NCBI GenBank assembly: GCA_029939715.1
Contig: JAOZSJ010000005.1
Coordinates: 7,450-63,057, forward strand
Source: Desulfobacterales bacterium
GTDB taxonomy: Bacteria > Desulfobacterota > Desulfobacteria > Desulfobacterales > 4572-123
Reading direction: 5' to 3'
DNA: 55,608 nucleotides
Positions 1-9,358 of this stretch are shown here, piece by piece. The translations under genes and the position numbers were made by a program. How positions within the stretch are numbered: the first letter of the stretch is position 1; every line of letters starts with the position of its first letter. The notes beneath the pieces are model-generated. The model made no database searches. It worked only from the letters and a program-made list of their open reading frames with translations, and was not told the origin of the DNA.

Positions 1-137
1 GGTGCGGCTTTCTTTGCAGGTGCGGCTTTCTTCACTGGACGCAGTTTTGCTATTTTTATTGTAATTTTTTCTACCTCTCCTAAAAGCGTCTCAAGAATCT
101 TGGAAACCGAGGTTAGTTGCTGCTGCAATTTTTTCAT
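1..137 (-). CDS. Small basic Lys/Ala/Pro-rich protein, histone H1-like repeats (3' end runs off window)
   Basis: Manual translation MKKLQQQLTSVSKILETLLGEVEKITIKIAKLRPVKKAAPAKKAAP...; ATG at 137 preceded by AAAGGAGG RBS; 14-nt repeat at 1-14 and 19-32; not in ORF track. Confidence 0.75.
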   Translation of the reverse strand, partial: MKKLQQQLTSVSKILETLLGEVEKITIKIAKLRPVKKAAPAKKAA

Positions 138-403
138 TTCGCATTCCTCCTTTGCCGTATAATATCTTTATAAAAACTAAGCATTTATAAAACTCGTAAT
201 ATAGTTCTCTCAAAAAGTCAAACAAATCAGTAGAAAAAACAAATAATGTCTTCTATAAGTGCTTTTTCACTGACATGGCCGCTATCCTCCGATCAAGCGG
301 ACATATCACATGCTGCGGCAAAAGTCTTTCATATGCGTTTGAAGATTTAATACATTCGCAAGAAGTATTTCCGGATGGCGAAATAAAGGTCTCTCATTAC
401 GAT

Positions 404-637
404 TTAAAAAAAAGCCCACCAGCAATAAAGAAAAAAAGCGATCCAGGCGGTAATGCAGACGACATAAGATATCCAGTCTGTCGGCTTTCGGGCCGTACCA
501 TATTTTTCAGCTTTGCCTACCTTTTTGCCACAGACGGAGCATTCTTCAGCATCAATCGGGAGATGAGTCTGGCAGTACGGACATTTCTTGGTTGAAAAGA
601 CCTCTTGGCCAAATTTTTCAGAATTAAATTTATCCAT
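404..637 (-). CDS. Small zinc-ribbon membrane protein
   Basis: CPYC-x10-CSVC followed by hydrophobic C-terminal helix; ATG 637 with GAGGAG RBS preferred over 661. Confidence 0.7.
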   Translation of the reverse strand: MDKFNSEKFGQEVFSTKKCPYCQTHLPIDAEECSVCGKKVGKAEKYGTARKPTDWISYVVCITAWIAFFLYCWWAFF

Positions 638-705
638 TAGATCTCCTCTTCCATTTTGCAATATCTCGAACAGCTATATATTATACTTCCCGGGCGGACA
701 AGGAT

Positions 706-2595
706 CTATTCTAAAAAATTTTTTTCTATATCTACTTCACTCTTTTCTTTTACATGAGCCAGCCAGGTTTTAAAAGTATCAAATCTTTTTTGCTGAAGCA
801 ACCTTGTCCTGACTCCCTCTTTTTCTTTTTCAAATGCATCGGCATCCGGCGCTTTTCTCTGCTTTTGCCGTATAATATAATAGCCATCCGCTGCTTTGAA
901 AACTTTGTCGGCCAAAGGATTTTTACTGCTCAGCAAAAAGGCGGCTGCTGCAATTTCGGGCGAATTGCCGATTATAGGAATGGAATCGCCGCGTTTAAAA
1001 AAACCGGTGCTCTGCGGAGTTAATGAAAATGTCTTGCCGGCAGTTTCCATGGACTGTCCACCGGTGATACTGCTCAACAGGGTCTCGGCATCCGAGCGGG
1101 CACGGGTCTCTTTTTTTTCTTTTTGTAAATCAACCTCCACACGATCTTTAATGGTATCAAAGGGGGGGATCTTGGATGGAATCTTGTTAATCAGCTGCAG
1201 AATGTAATATCCATTGTCAAAATCCAGAGGATTGCTGATCTCCAGCGGTTCAAGAGAAAATGCGGCGGATGCGAATTTTGCCGGATTTGTGACCAGATTT
1301 GCAGGGCCTTTGGCTGAAAATTCCGCCGTAAATACTTTCATATTTTTTTTACGTGCGGTTTCAATGAAGTCATCGCCTTCAAAGAAGGCGTCGGAAACCA
1401 TTTCGGTTTCGTCATAGGCAATATTTTTTGCCTGTTTAGCCACAAGTTTTTTTTCGATATCAAGCTTTGCTTCTTCAAAGGAGCGCGTTGAAGCATCCTT
1501 GATATTGTCGATTTTAATAATATGCCATCCAAAACGGGTACGCACCGGCTCACTGATTTCACCGGCCCTCATGGTAAATGCTTTGTCCGCAAAAGGCTTG
1601 ACCATCTCTTGTTTTTTAAAATAACCAAGATAGCCGCCTTCTTTACTGCTGGGGCCTTCTGAATATTTCCGGGCCAATTCGGCAAAATCATGATTCTTGA
1701 GAGCCATCTCCATTATCTCCAGGGCCCTTGCTTTTTTCTCACCGACTATTTCAGGAAGAGCATCCTGATCCACCTTTATCAGGATATGGCGTGCCTCAAC
1801 TGTTTTTTCAGTTTCAAATTCCGCCTGATTCGTGTCGTAATAATCCTGTATTTCCGCATCACTGATATTTGTTTTGTCTGTATAATCATCGGGATTGAAA
1901 TGGATGTAGCGAACATTTACCCGCGGCTCTGTTTTGTATTCGGATTTATGTTCATCAAAATAAGCTTTGATCTCTTCGGCGGTCAGGTCACTGTCCTTGT
2001 AGCTACCGGGCCGAAGTACCACAAAATCAATATTAACCGATGCATTGGTGTGGTTAAACCATTCTTTTGCTTCATTGTCCGAAATCTTGACACTGTCGCT
2101 GACAAACGATCTCATTTTCTCCATAAGGATAGATTCTTTCTGAAGCTCTTCAAACCCTTCCGGTGTCATGTGGTAGCGATTTAAAACTCTGTTGTACAGC
2201 CGGTTATCAAATCTACCCTCGTTTTGGAACACCTTCATGTTTCGGATAAAATCAGCGAGTTCATCATCGGAAACCCGAAAATCAAGTTTTTCAGCCTGCT
2301 GTAAAATCAACCTTTTTTCGATGAGTTGATCCAATGTCTGCTGTTTGACGTTCAGCATTTTCAGCATATTTTCGTCCAGATTATTTCCAAACCGCTGCTG
2401 CAGGTTTTCTATCATCTGATTATACGCATTATTATATTCCTGCATGGTAATCACATCGCCGTTTACCATAGCCACTCTGGAGGCCCGTTTTGAAGTAAAA
2501 CTGCCAACGCCCCAGAAAACAAAAACAATAACAATCGCTCCCAAGATAAATTTTATCAACCAACTCGATGCATAGTCCCGCATTAATTTGAGCAT
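706..2595 (-). CDS. ppiD: PpiD/SurA-N-domain peptidyl-prolyl isomerase (parvulin type)
   Basis: N-terminal TM anchor (ILGAIVIVFVFWG), SurA_N region, rotamase motifs ARHILIK, FAELARKYSE..GGYLG, VRTRFGWHII. Confidence 0.9.
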   Translation of the reverse strand: MLKLMRDYASSWLIKFILGAIVIVFVFWGVGSFTSKRASRVAMVNGDVITMQEYNNAYNQMIENLQQRFGNNLDENMLKMLNVKQQTLDQLIEKRLILQQAEKLDFRVSDDELADFIRNMKVFQNEGRFDNRLYNRVLNRYHMTPEGFEELQKESILMEKMRSFVSDSVKISDNEAKEWFNHTNASVNIDFVVLRPGSYKDSDLTAEEIKAYFDEHKSEYKTEPRVNVRYIHFNPDDYTDKTNISDAEIQDYYDTNQAEFETEKTVEARHILIKVDQDALPEIVGEKKARALEIMEMALKNHDFAELARKYSEGPSSKEGGYLGYFKKQEMVKPFADKAFTMRAGEISEPVRTRFGWHIIKIDNIKDASTRSFEEAKLDIEKKLVAKQAKNIAYDETEMVSDAFFEGDDFIETARKKNMKVFTAEFSAKGPANLVTNPAKFASAAFSLEPLEISNPLDFDNGYYILQLINKIPSKIPPFDTIKDRVEVDLQKEKKETRARSDAETLLSSITGGQSMETAGKTFSLTPQSTGFFKRGDSIPIIGNSPEIAAAAFLLSSKNPLADKVFKAADGYYIIRQKQRKAPDADAFEKEKEGVRTRLLQQKRFDTFKTWLAHVKEKSEVDIEKNFLE

Positions 2596-2829
2596 TACAA
2601 TCCACCTCTATAGATATTAATCCGATTCCCGGCAAACAGGGTATTCAAGATTTCGTTAGAAAGTATTAATGATCAAAAACCAAAATTAGTAACTCTATTT
2701 TTAATCATTTTTTTTGTCAACTATTTCATTTGATAGAGTCGTAAAAAGTATTTTTATCGGCCAAGTAAAAATCTCTCGGGCCCATCAATTTAAATGCGGA
2801 TAGATCAATGAATAAAACATGAGGAGTGA

Positions 2830-4293
2830 TTATATTGCATCAAGCAGTTTTTCATGAATATTATCAAAAGCACCGTTGGACATGACAAGTATGTGATCGC
2901 CGCTTACAGCATGGCCCGTCAGATAATCGACAATTGAATCGGTATCGGGAAAATAATGCGCATTTTTACCACGCGCCTTTAAATCATCCACAAGATCTTC
3001 AGAGGAAAATCGCTCACCATCTGGAATCTTATTGAGCAGCGGCGGCCTGCGGATGCAGATCAAATCAGCCTGATCAAATACGGACGGATATACTTTCTGA
3101 AACACCTTGCGCATACTCGAATTTGTGCGCGGTTCAAACACGGCAATCAAGCGCCCGCGCATGCAAAACGGTTTGAGGGCATGGACAGTCTCTTTCACCG
3201 CTGTCGGATGATGCGCGAAATCATCGATAATGGTAATACCATTTTTTATTCCCCGCACCTCCTGTCGGCGCTTGACTCCCTCAAAGGTTTCAAGGGCTTT
3301 TTTAATTGCCTGTCCGGGAACTTGCAGGCGTACCGCGGCAGCGATGGCGGCCAGGGTATTCACTAAGTTGTGCCGGCCCATAAGCCGGGTTTTGAAACTG
3401 CCGAAATACCTGCCCTGTCTGTAAACCTCAAAAGAGGTCCAGGGCGGATTAACAGAAAACCGTTTCAGATACCAGGCAGAATCCGGATTCAACCCATAGG
3501 AATTTATGTCGCAGCGTTTACCCTCAACCAGTCCTGCAATATTCTCATCCCCGTCAAATATCAGCAAATGGCTTTCAGAAGAGAGCCGTGATAAAAATCG
3601 ATCAAAAGTATTTTTCACATGATCCAGGTCTCTGAATATGTCCGCATGATCAAATTCAACACTGGTCAACACGGCTACCAGAGGATCATAATGTAAAAAT
3701 TTGGGTCCCTTGTCAAAAAACGCGGTATCATACTCATCCCCTTCTATGACCATATACGATCCCTTGCCCAAACGGTAATTGCTGTTAAAATTCTTCAGTA
3801 TACCGCCGATGAAATATGAAGGATCAAATTTTTCATCATGCTGCCCGGCCTGATATAAAATCCATGTCAGGATCGAGGAAGTCGTACTTTTACCATGGGT
3901 CCCGGCAATCAGAAGCGTCCGGTTAGCGCCAACCCCGAAATGATTGACCGCCTGAGGCATGGAGCAGAAGTTGAGTTTCCGGCGCATGGTTTCCATGACT
4001 TCAGGATTATCCCGGCTTACGGCATTGCCGATAACCACCAGATCCGGATCATCCGACACGTTTCCCGGAGAAAATCCATCTGCAACAAAAATCTCCTTTT
4101 CAGCCAGAAAATCACTCATGGGCGGATAAATTCCGCTATCTGATCCACTTACCTTAAACCCCTTGTCTTTCAGCATTCCAGCCAGGGCTCCCATTCCGGT
4201 TCCGCAAATCGCAATTAGATGAATTTTACTAACATTTTCAGGAATACAATTTTTGACAAAGTCTTTATCCGACATGGAAAGGTTCACCATCAT
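2830..4293 (-). CDS. mpl: Murein peptide ligase (UDP-MurNAc:L-Ala-gamma-D-Glu-mDAP ligase)
   Basis: IHLIAICGTGMG, IYPPMS, GTHGKSTT, EGDEYDTAFFDK, DDFAHHPTA, FEPRTN, MSNGAF motifs; start may be a few codons downstream. Confidence 0.92.
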   Translation of the reverse strand: MMVNLSMSDKDFVKNCIPENVSKIHLIAICGTGMGALAGMLKDKGFKVSGSDSGIYPPMSDFLAEKEIFVADGFSPGNVSDDPDLVVIGNAVSRDNPEVMETMRRKLNFCSMPQAVNHFGVGANRTLLIAGTHGKSTTSSILTWILYQAGQHDEKFDPSYFIGGILKNFNSNYRLGKGSYMVIEGDEYDTAFFDKGPKFLHYDPLVAVLTSVEFDHADIFRDLDHVKNTFDRFLSRLSSESHLLIFDGDENIAGLVEGKRCDINSYGLNPDSAWYLKRFSVNPPWTSFEVYRQGRYFGSFKTRLMGRHNLVNTLAAIAAAVRLQVPGQAIKKALETFEGVKRRQEVRGIKNGITIIDDFAHHPTAVKETVHALKPFCMRGRLIAVFEPRTNSSMRKVFQKVYPSVFDQADLICIRRPPLLNKIPDGERFSSEDLVDDLKARGKNAHYFPDTDSIVDYLTGHAVSGDHILVMSNGAFDNIHEKLLDAI

Positions 4294-4544
4294 AAACGAT
4301 TTTTTTTGTGTCCATACGTTGAAAACAGGCTTTTTTTAAAATACAACCCGACCTATAGCATTTTAAAAGGCCATCCGGATCTTACGTATTCATGAACAAC
4401 AAATATGTCAACCTTTTTGCCGGTGTAAAAAGCAGAATGCATACTTTACTATTTTGTTTGCCTGCTATTTCCACATTTGTTTTATCTGCCGCTCAGCGGG
4501 CGGATCCACTGCAAGGATATTGATCTTAGCTTTAATTATTTGAA

Positions 4545-4573
4545 TTGACATAAAGATTCGACATGAGTATATT
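4545..4573 (+). promoter_or_regulatory. Putative sigma-70 promoter of GAF-sigma54 activator
   Basis: TTGACA-17nt-TATATT, 60 nt upstream of ATG 4634. Confidence 0.55.
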
Positions 4574-4633
4574 AAAATATACAGTTACTCGGAACTTCCC
4601 ATTAATCGTTATCTTTTTGACGGTAAAAATTAT

Positions 4634-6148
4634 ATGCCCGAAAGCGCTCCTAATACCATTTCGCAGGTGGAAACACCTATTGCTCGGTTAAAAGTGATAT
4701 CTTCATGGGTTTCTTCGGTTCAGGATATCGATAAACTCCTTGAACTCATTATTGAAACCGCAACTCAAATGATGCAGGCCAAGGCCTGTTCCCTGCTTCT
4801 CCTGGATCCTAAAACCAGGCAGCTTTACTTCAAGGTGGCCACCGGGGAAAAAAAAAGCGAAGTCAAAGATTATAAAGTCAAACTCGGCCAGGGCATTGCC
4901 GGTCGTGTAGCTGAAAAAGGGACCCCCCTCCTTATTCCGGATGTCCGTAAAGATCCGCGGTGGTATGGTGAAATCAGCAAATCATTGGGCATGGAAACCC
5001 GCTCTATAGCCTGCGTTCCAATGAAAATGAACGACGAAGTGATTGGAGTTGTCCAGGTTGTCGACAAGCAGGACGGAAGCACAATTCAAAATCAGGACAT
5101 GCAAACCCTTGAGGTTTTTGCCGAACTTGCGGCACTGGCCATTGGAAACGCCCGTAAAATTGATAAGGTAAAACAGGAAAACCGGGATTTAAAGGAAGAA
5201 CTGGGAGCAAAATACCAGATAATAGGGGAAAGCAAATCCATGAAGAAGGTCATTTCCGATGCCTTCAAAGTCGCCAATTCCAAAACAACGGTACTCATCC
5301 TGGGCGATAGCGGAACCGGTAAAGAGCTCCTGGCAAGATTGATCCACCGGGCCGGTTCACGCAAGGATAATATTCTGGTTGTCCTGAACTGTGCCGCACT
5401 CCCGGAATCTCTGCTGGAAGATGAACTGTTCGGACATGAAAAAGGCGCCTTTACCGGCGCAGTGGGTCGAAAGACAGGCAAATTCGAACTGGCGGACAAG
5501 GGCACGATTTTTCTGGATGAAATCGGTGAAATGAATCCGGGAATGCAGGCCAAACTGCTCCGTGTTCTTCAAGAGGGCGTGTTTTACAGGGTCGGCGGCA
5601 ATACTCCTATTTCAGTGGATGTACGGGTCATTTCAGCAACCAACAAGAAACTTGCAAAGGAAGTTCAAAACGGCCGTTTCAGGGAAGATCTGTACTACCG
5701 GCTGAATGTCGTCTCGCTTAATTTGCCGCCCTTGCGGGAAAGGATATCGGACATTCCCCTGCTGGCCGAATATTTTCTCAATATTTTCAAAAAAGAAACC
5801 GGTGCTTCGAATCTTCGCATATCAAATGAGGCCAAGCAGAAGATGATGCGCTATGACTGGCCCGGGAATGTACGCGAACTGCGTAATGCGCTGGAAAGAG
5901 CGGTTGTCATGGGCAACGGACGGACTATTGTACCGGAAGACCTGCCGATTGATATTTCAAGACCCAGTGTCCCCCATTCTCAGGTTGGCACTACCATGGA
6001 AAAGGCGGTTAACAATTTCAAAAAAGAATTTATCACACTCACACTCAAACATACCGGCGGCAACAGAAGTAAAGCGGCCAAAATCATGGACATACAGAGA
6101 ACCTATCTATCCCGCCTCATCTCCCGCTATAACCTTCGGGATGTTTAA
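4634..6148 (+). CDS. GAF-domain sigma-54-dependent transcriptional activator (Fis-HTH)
   Basis: N-terminal GAF, GDSGTGKE Walker A, GAFTGA loop, [16 protein letters not shown]-terminal HTH. Confidence 0.93.
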   Translation: MPESAPNTISQVETPIARLKVISSWVSSVQDIDKLLELIIETATQMMQAKACSLLLLDPKTRQLYFKVATGEKKSEVKDYKVKLGQGIAGRVAEKGTPLLIPDVRKDPRWYGEISKSLGMETRSIACVPMKMNDEVIGVVQVVDKQDGSTIQNQDMQTLEVFAELAALAIGNARKIDKVKQENRDLKEELGAKYQIIGESKSMKKVISDAFKVANSKTTVLILGDSGTGKELLARLIHRAGSRKDNILVVLNCAALPESLLEDELFGHEKGAFTGAVGRKTGKFELADKGTIFLDEIGEMNPGMQAKLLRVLQEGVFYRVGGNTPISVDVRVISATNKKLAKEVQNGRFREDLYYRLNVVSLNLPPLRERISDIPLLAEYFLNIFKKETGASNLRISNEAKQKMMRYDWPGNVRELRNALERAVVMGNGRTIVPEDLPIDISRPSVPHSQVGTTMEKAVNNFKKEFITLTLKHTGGNRSKAAKIMDIQRTYLSRLISRYNLRDV

Positions 6149-6190
6149 CAATCATGCCCCCCCCGGAGCGTCTGGAGCACCTCTTGAGTA

Positions 6191-6207
6191 TTGGCACGGG
6201 TTTTGCT
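6191..6207 (+). promoter_or_regulatory. Sigma-54 (-24/-12) promoter
   Basis: TTGGCACGGGTTTTGCT matches TGGCAC-N5-TTGC consensus; GG 6193-6194 and GC 6205-6206 exactly 10 nt apart. Confidence 0.85.
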
Positions 6208-6283
6208 TTCTTTAATAGTCAGGGCGTAGCTGAAAATATTAGCGATCCTCTTTAACCGCCAAAACAATTTGAAGGAGCCCGTG

Positions 6284-6649
6284 ATGAATTTATACAGCCA
6301 TTTCGACAGTAATGAAAAAACAGGGCCGGAAAGCCAAAATCTTTTAGATCAATTTCACAGTGTTGAATTTTTATCACCCGAAATTCAGGTTCTCTATCAG
6401 TTCAAACTGTGGAATTCGGAATCAAAAGCGTTATTTGTTCTGGTAAAAAAAGAATCCGATATTCTTGGGTGTCTCAAGGCCGGTAACGTATTGAAAATGA
6501 AATACTACGGCACGGATTCAGGGTGCCCTGCAAAGTGTCTGCCGACCCAGATCGAAAATATTTCTAAAGAGGATCAGGGGCGTTTCAAGGGACATTACCT
6601 GGTCAGCCTGTCAATACTGCCGCCGTCTGCAAACGAAACGATTCATTAA
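6284..6649 (+). CDS. PilZ-like small protein (degenerate c-di-GMP motifs)
   Basis: AAGGAG RBS 6272-6277 then GTG6281/ATG6284; SVEF..YQFKLWN...GRFKGHYLVSL resembles deltaproteobacterial stand-alone PilZ proteins (recognition from memory). Confidence 0.6.
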   Translation: MNLYSHFDSNEKTGPESQNLLDQFHSVEFLSPEIQVLYQFKLWNSESKALFVLVKKESDILGCLKAGNVLKMKYYGTDSGCPAKCLPTQIENISKEDQGRFKGHYLVSLSILPPSANETIH

Positions 6650-6739
6650 ACCTGATAATAACAAACTACCAATCCTAATTTGACACTTTTTACACAACCT
6701 TAGTATACTAAAAGATACATATTCGCACTGATCATATTC

Positions 6740-7012
6740 ATGGTAGCAACAAGTTATGGATGTGCCGCATTTAAACTGCCGGCATTTTCGGATAACACCG
6801 GCAGCATTTCCGGCTACGAATCGGATAGTCATAATGGTAAATATTTAAACTCGCTCACAACCGGCATCGATTGTTTTATTACCAAAAACTATGTTATCAA
6901 TCTGAGGCTTATTTTATACGGGCAGGACAATGAGATCGACTGCCGGGAAATTCCGCTTCGCTTTGACTCTGAAAAAATCGGCCCCATGATTGACTGCAAA
7001 TATTACTTCTAA
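6740..7012 (+). pseudogene. Possible remnant of an outer-membrane beta-barrel gene
   Basis: Amphipathic strands (GIDCFITKNYVINL) and terminal KYYF; no RBS; too short for a full barrel. Confidence 0.3.
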
Positions 7013-7057
7013 TTTCAGCCACATATCCGGCTTTGGCCCCCTTTCTGTTTATACTGA

Positions 7058-8347
7058 TTATTCCCGCAGTTCGTCCAGCACTTCCCCGGCCGCTTTAATC
7101 GTAGCCTCAATTTGTTCGATCCCATGTGCTGCAGATACAAAAAGGCTTTCAAATTGAGAGGGCGCCAGATAAATACCTTTATTCAACATACCTTTATAAT
7201 AAGCGGCAAACAGTTCAATGTCACTGGTTTTGGCATCTTCAAAATTTGTCACTTCCCGGTCTGTAAAGAAAAATCCAAGCATGGAACCGACATGATCAAC
7301 CCTGGCTTTGATACCCGCGCTTTCGGCAGCTTTTTTCAGACCGCCGGCAAGTTGTTCAGCCTTTTTGTTCATATTTTCGTAAAATCCATGAGCCTTGAGC
7401 TGTTCCAGGGTTGCAATTCCGGCTGCCATGGCCAGTGGGTTGCCGGACAGTGTCCCGGCCTGATAAACGGCTCCCCTGGGTGAAACATGCTCCATGATAT
7501 CCCGCCTGCCGCCATACGCGCCCACCGGTAATCCGCCGCCAATAATTTTGGCAAAACAGGAAATATCAGGCCTGATGTTATACAAAGCCTGGGCGCCGCC
7601 ATATGCAACCCTGAACCCAGTCATGACTTCATCGAATATCAGCAGACTTCCACTTGCATGCGTAAGCTCTCTGAGCATTTCCAGAAATCCAGGCGCAGGT
7701 GCCACAAGCCCCATATTGCCTGCAACCGGTTCAACAATAATGCAGGCGATCCGGTCACCCTGCCGGGTCATTATATCCCGAACAGCTTCAATGTCATTGT
7801 AGGGAAGCGACAGTGTATGCTCAACCACGGATTTTGGAACGCCGGGACTGCCGGGAATACCAAAAGTTGCAACCCCCGAACCGGCCTCCACAAGCAAAGT
7901 GTCCGCATGGCCGTGGTAGCAGCCGTCAAATTTAATGACCAGGTCCCTCCCGGTTACTCCCCGGGCCAGGCGGATCGCGCTCATTGTGGCCTCGGTTCCG
8001 GAATTGACCATCCTGACCATCTCAACCGATTCCACGGCATCGACAATCATTTCCGCCAGATTGATTTCAAGTTCCGTCGGCGCCCCGAAACTGGTCCCTC
8101 TCTCCAGGATTTCCGCAAGAGCCTCAATGACACGCGGATGCCTGTGACCCAGAATCATCGGCCCCCATGATCCGACATAATCAATATAGCTATTTCCATC
8201 GGCATCAAAAAGCATACACCCATCGGCATGATCAATAAACACCGGATCAGCACCCACTGCCCGGCAGGCACGAACAGGACTGTTGACACCACCTGGTATA
8301 ATTTTTACGGCACTTTCAAACAAACGGCGTGATTTTTTTTGTTTCAT
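7058..8347 (-). CDS. hemL: Glutamate-1-semialdehyde 2,1-aminomutase
   Basis: [60 protein letters not shown]. Confidence 0.97.
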   Translation of the reverse strand: MKQKKSRRLFESAVKIIPGGVNSPVRACRAVGADPVFIDHADGCMLFDADGNSYIDYVGSWGPMILGHRHPRVIEALAEILERGTSFGAPTELEINLAEMIVDAVESVEMVRMVNSGTEATMSAIRLARGVTGRDLVIKFDGCYHGHADTLLVEAGSGVATFGIPGSPGVPKSVVEHTLSLPYNDIEAVRDIMTRQGDRIACIIVEPVAGNMGLVAPAPGFLEMLRELTHASGSLLIFDEVMTGFRVAYGGAQALYNIRPDISCFAKIIGGGLPVGAYGGRRDIMEHVSPRGAVYQAGTLSGNPLAMAAGIATLEQLKAHGFYENMNKKAEQLAGGLKKAAESAGIKARVDHVGSMLGFFFTDREVTNFEDAKTSDIELFAAYYKGMLNKGIYLAPSQFESLFVSAAHGIEQIEATIKAAGEVLDELRE

Positions 8348-8623
8348 AATTTTTTAATTCCTTTCATCTCATCAGTCATCAATTTTATGGTATACAAATA
8401 ATTACAAACTTACTTCAAACCAAACTTTTCCTGGCAAGATTACTTTATAATTAATTGAAAATCAACTACCCCTTTTAACAGATTCAAACCTCAGCGAATG
8501 GCTGAATAGTTGGATAAAAAAATATTTTATCCATCAAAACAGATAAAAAATAATTTGACATCCATATTTAAAGCTGATACGAAGCTTATCCGTTTGGAAC
8601 TGTAACCGGATTTAATTCATTCT

Positions 8624-8700
8624 GGGCCGTTAGCTCAACTAGGCAGAGCACCTGACTCTTAATCAGTAGGTTGAAGGTTCGATTCCTTCACGGCCCACCA
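8624..8700 (+). tRNA. tRNA-Lys (anticodon CTT)
   Basis: GGGCCGT/ACGGCCC acceptor stem, TAGCTCAA D-arm, CTGA-CTCTTAA-TCAG anticodon arm, GAAGGTTCGATTCCTTC T-arm, encoded CCA. Confidence 0.97.
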
Positions 8701-8713
8701 GATTTTACACTAT

Positions 8714-8744
8714 GGGTTAGCTTTTCAGGGCTAACCCTTTTTTT
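8714..8744 (+). terminator. Intrinsic terminator after tRNA-Lys
   Basis: GGGTTAGC/GCTAACCC stem followed by T7. Confidence 0.85.
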
Positions 8745-8760
8745 ATAGGAAAAAATAATC

Positions 8761-8790
8761 TTGACAGAAAATTTATTACACTGATATTAT
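8761..8790 (+). promoter_or_regulatory. Sigma-70 promoter of the rpsF operon
   Basis: TTGACA-18nt-TATTAT with extended -10 TG. Confidence 0.65.
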
Positions 8791-8820
8791 ATTTAATTTT
8801 GTTGGTGATATTACACCATA

Positions 8821-8862
8821 TCCTTGCTCCGGTCTTCCGGGGCTATAACATCCATAAGGAGG
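8821..8862 (+). ncRNA. S6:S18 ribosomal protein leader (S6S18CBM-like autoregulatory RNA)
   Basis: TCCTT pairs with SD AAGGA; inner hairpin GCTCCGG/CCGGGGC; unpaired CCA just before the SD; directly upstream of rpsF. Confidence 0.75.
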
Positions 8863-8866
8863 AAAT

Positions 8867-9355
8867 ATGCGAAGGTACGAAACGATCATAATTATTGATC
8901 CGGACCTTTCAGAAGAGCAGCGTATGCCCATCTTCGAAAGGTGCAATGATCTGATCCCTCAATACGGCGGATTACTTATCATGCATGACGACTGGGGTCA
9001 GAAAAAACTTGCTTACGACATTAAGAAGAAAGCCCGCGGCTACTATACCCGGCTTGACTACTGCGGAGCCGGTGATCTGGTCGATGAGCTGGAAAGATTC
9101 TTTAGAATAGATGATCGAGTACTAAAATTCATGACGGTACTGCTTGAAAAACAGGTTGATATCGAGCTTATTAAGGAAGAAATGGCCCAGGCCGAGAAAG
9201 CCGAGGAAGAGGCTGCCGCTGCTGCCGCTGCCGCCGAAAAAGATGCGATCGAAAAAAAATCAGCACCTGATGCCGAAGCTACCGCGCCTGAAACACTGGA
9301 ACCTCAGGTTGAAGAACCTCAATCAACCGAAATTCAAAGTATAGAGGAGGAGTAA
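8867..9355 (+). CDS. rpsF: 30S ribosomal protein S6 with acidic C-terminal extension
   Basis: MRRYETIIIIDP, WGQKKLAYDIKK, DDRVLKFMTV. Confidence 0.97.
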   Translation: MRRYETIIIIDPDLSEEQRMPIFERCNDLIPQYGGLLIMHDDWGQKKLAYDIKKKARGYYTRLDYCGAGDLVDELERFFRIDDRVLKFMTVLLEKQVDIELIKEEMAQAEKAEEEAAAAAAAAEKDAIEKKSAPDAEATAPETLEPQVEEPQSTEIQSIEEE

Positions 9356-9358
9356 AAC

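Noticed and set aside
2728-2790. TTGATAGAGTCGTAAAAAGT ... CCCATCAA, reminiscent of the ends of a miniature inverted-repeat element
   Set aside because: The two ends pair poorly, there is a single copy in the window and no target duplication; needs a genome-wide BLASTn
8624-8760. tRNA-Lys as an island or prophage integration site
   Set aside because: No integrase and no duplicated tRNA 3' end seen; followed directly by a terminator and rpsF
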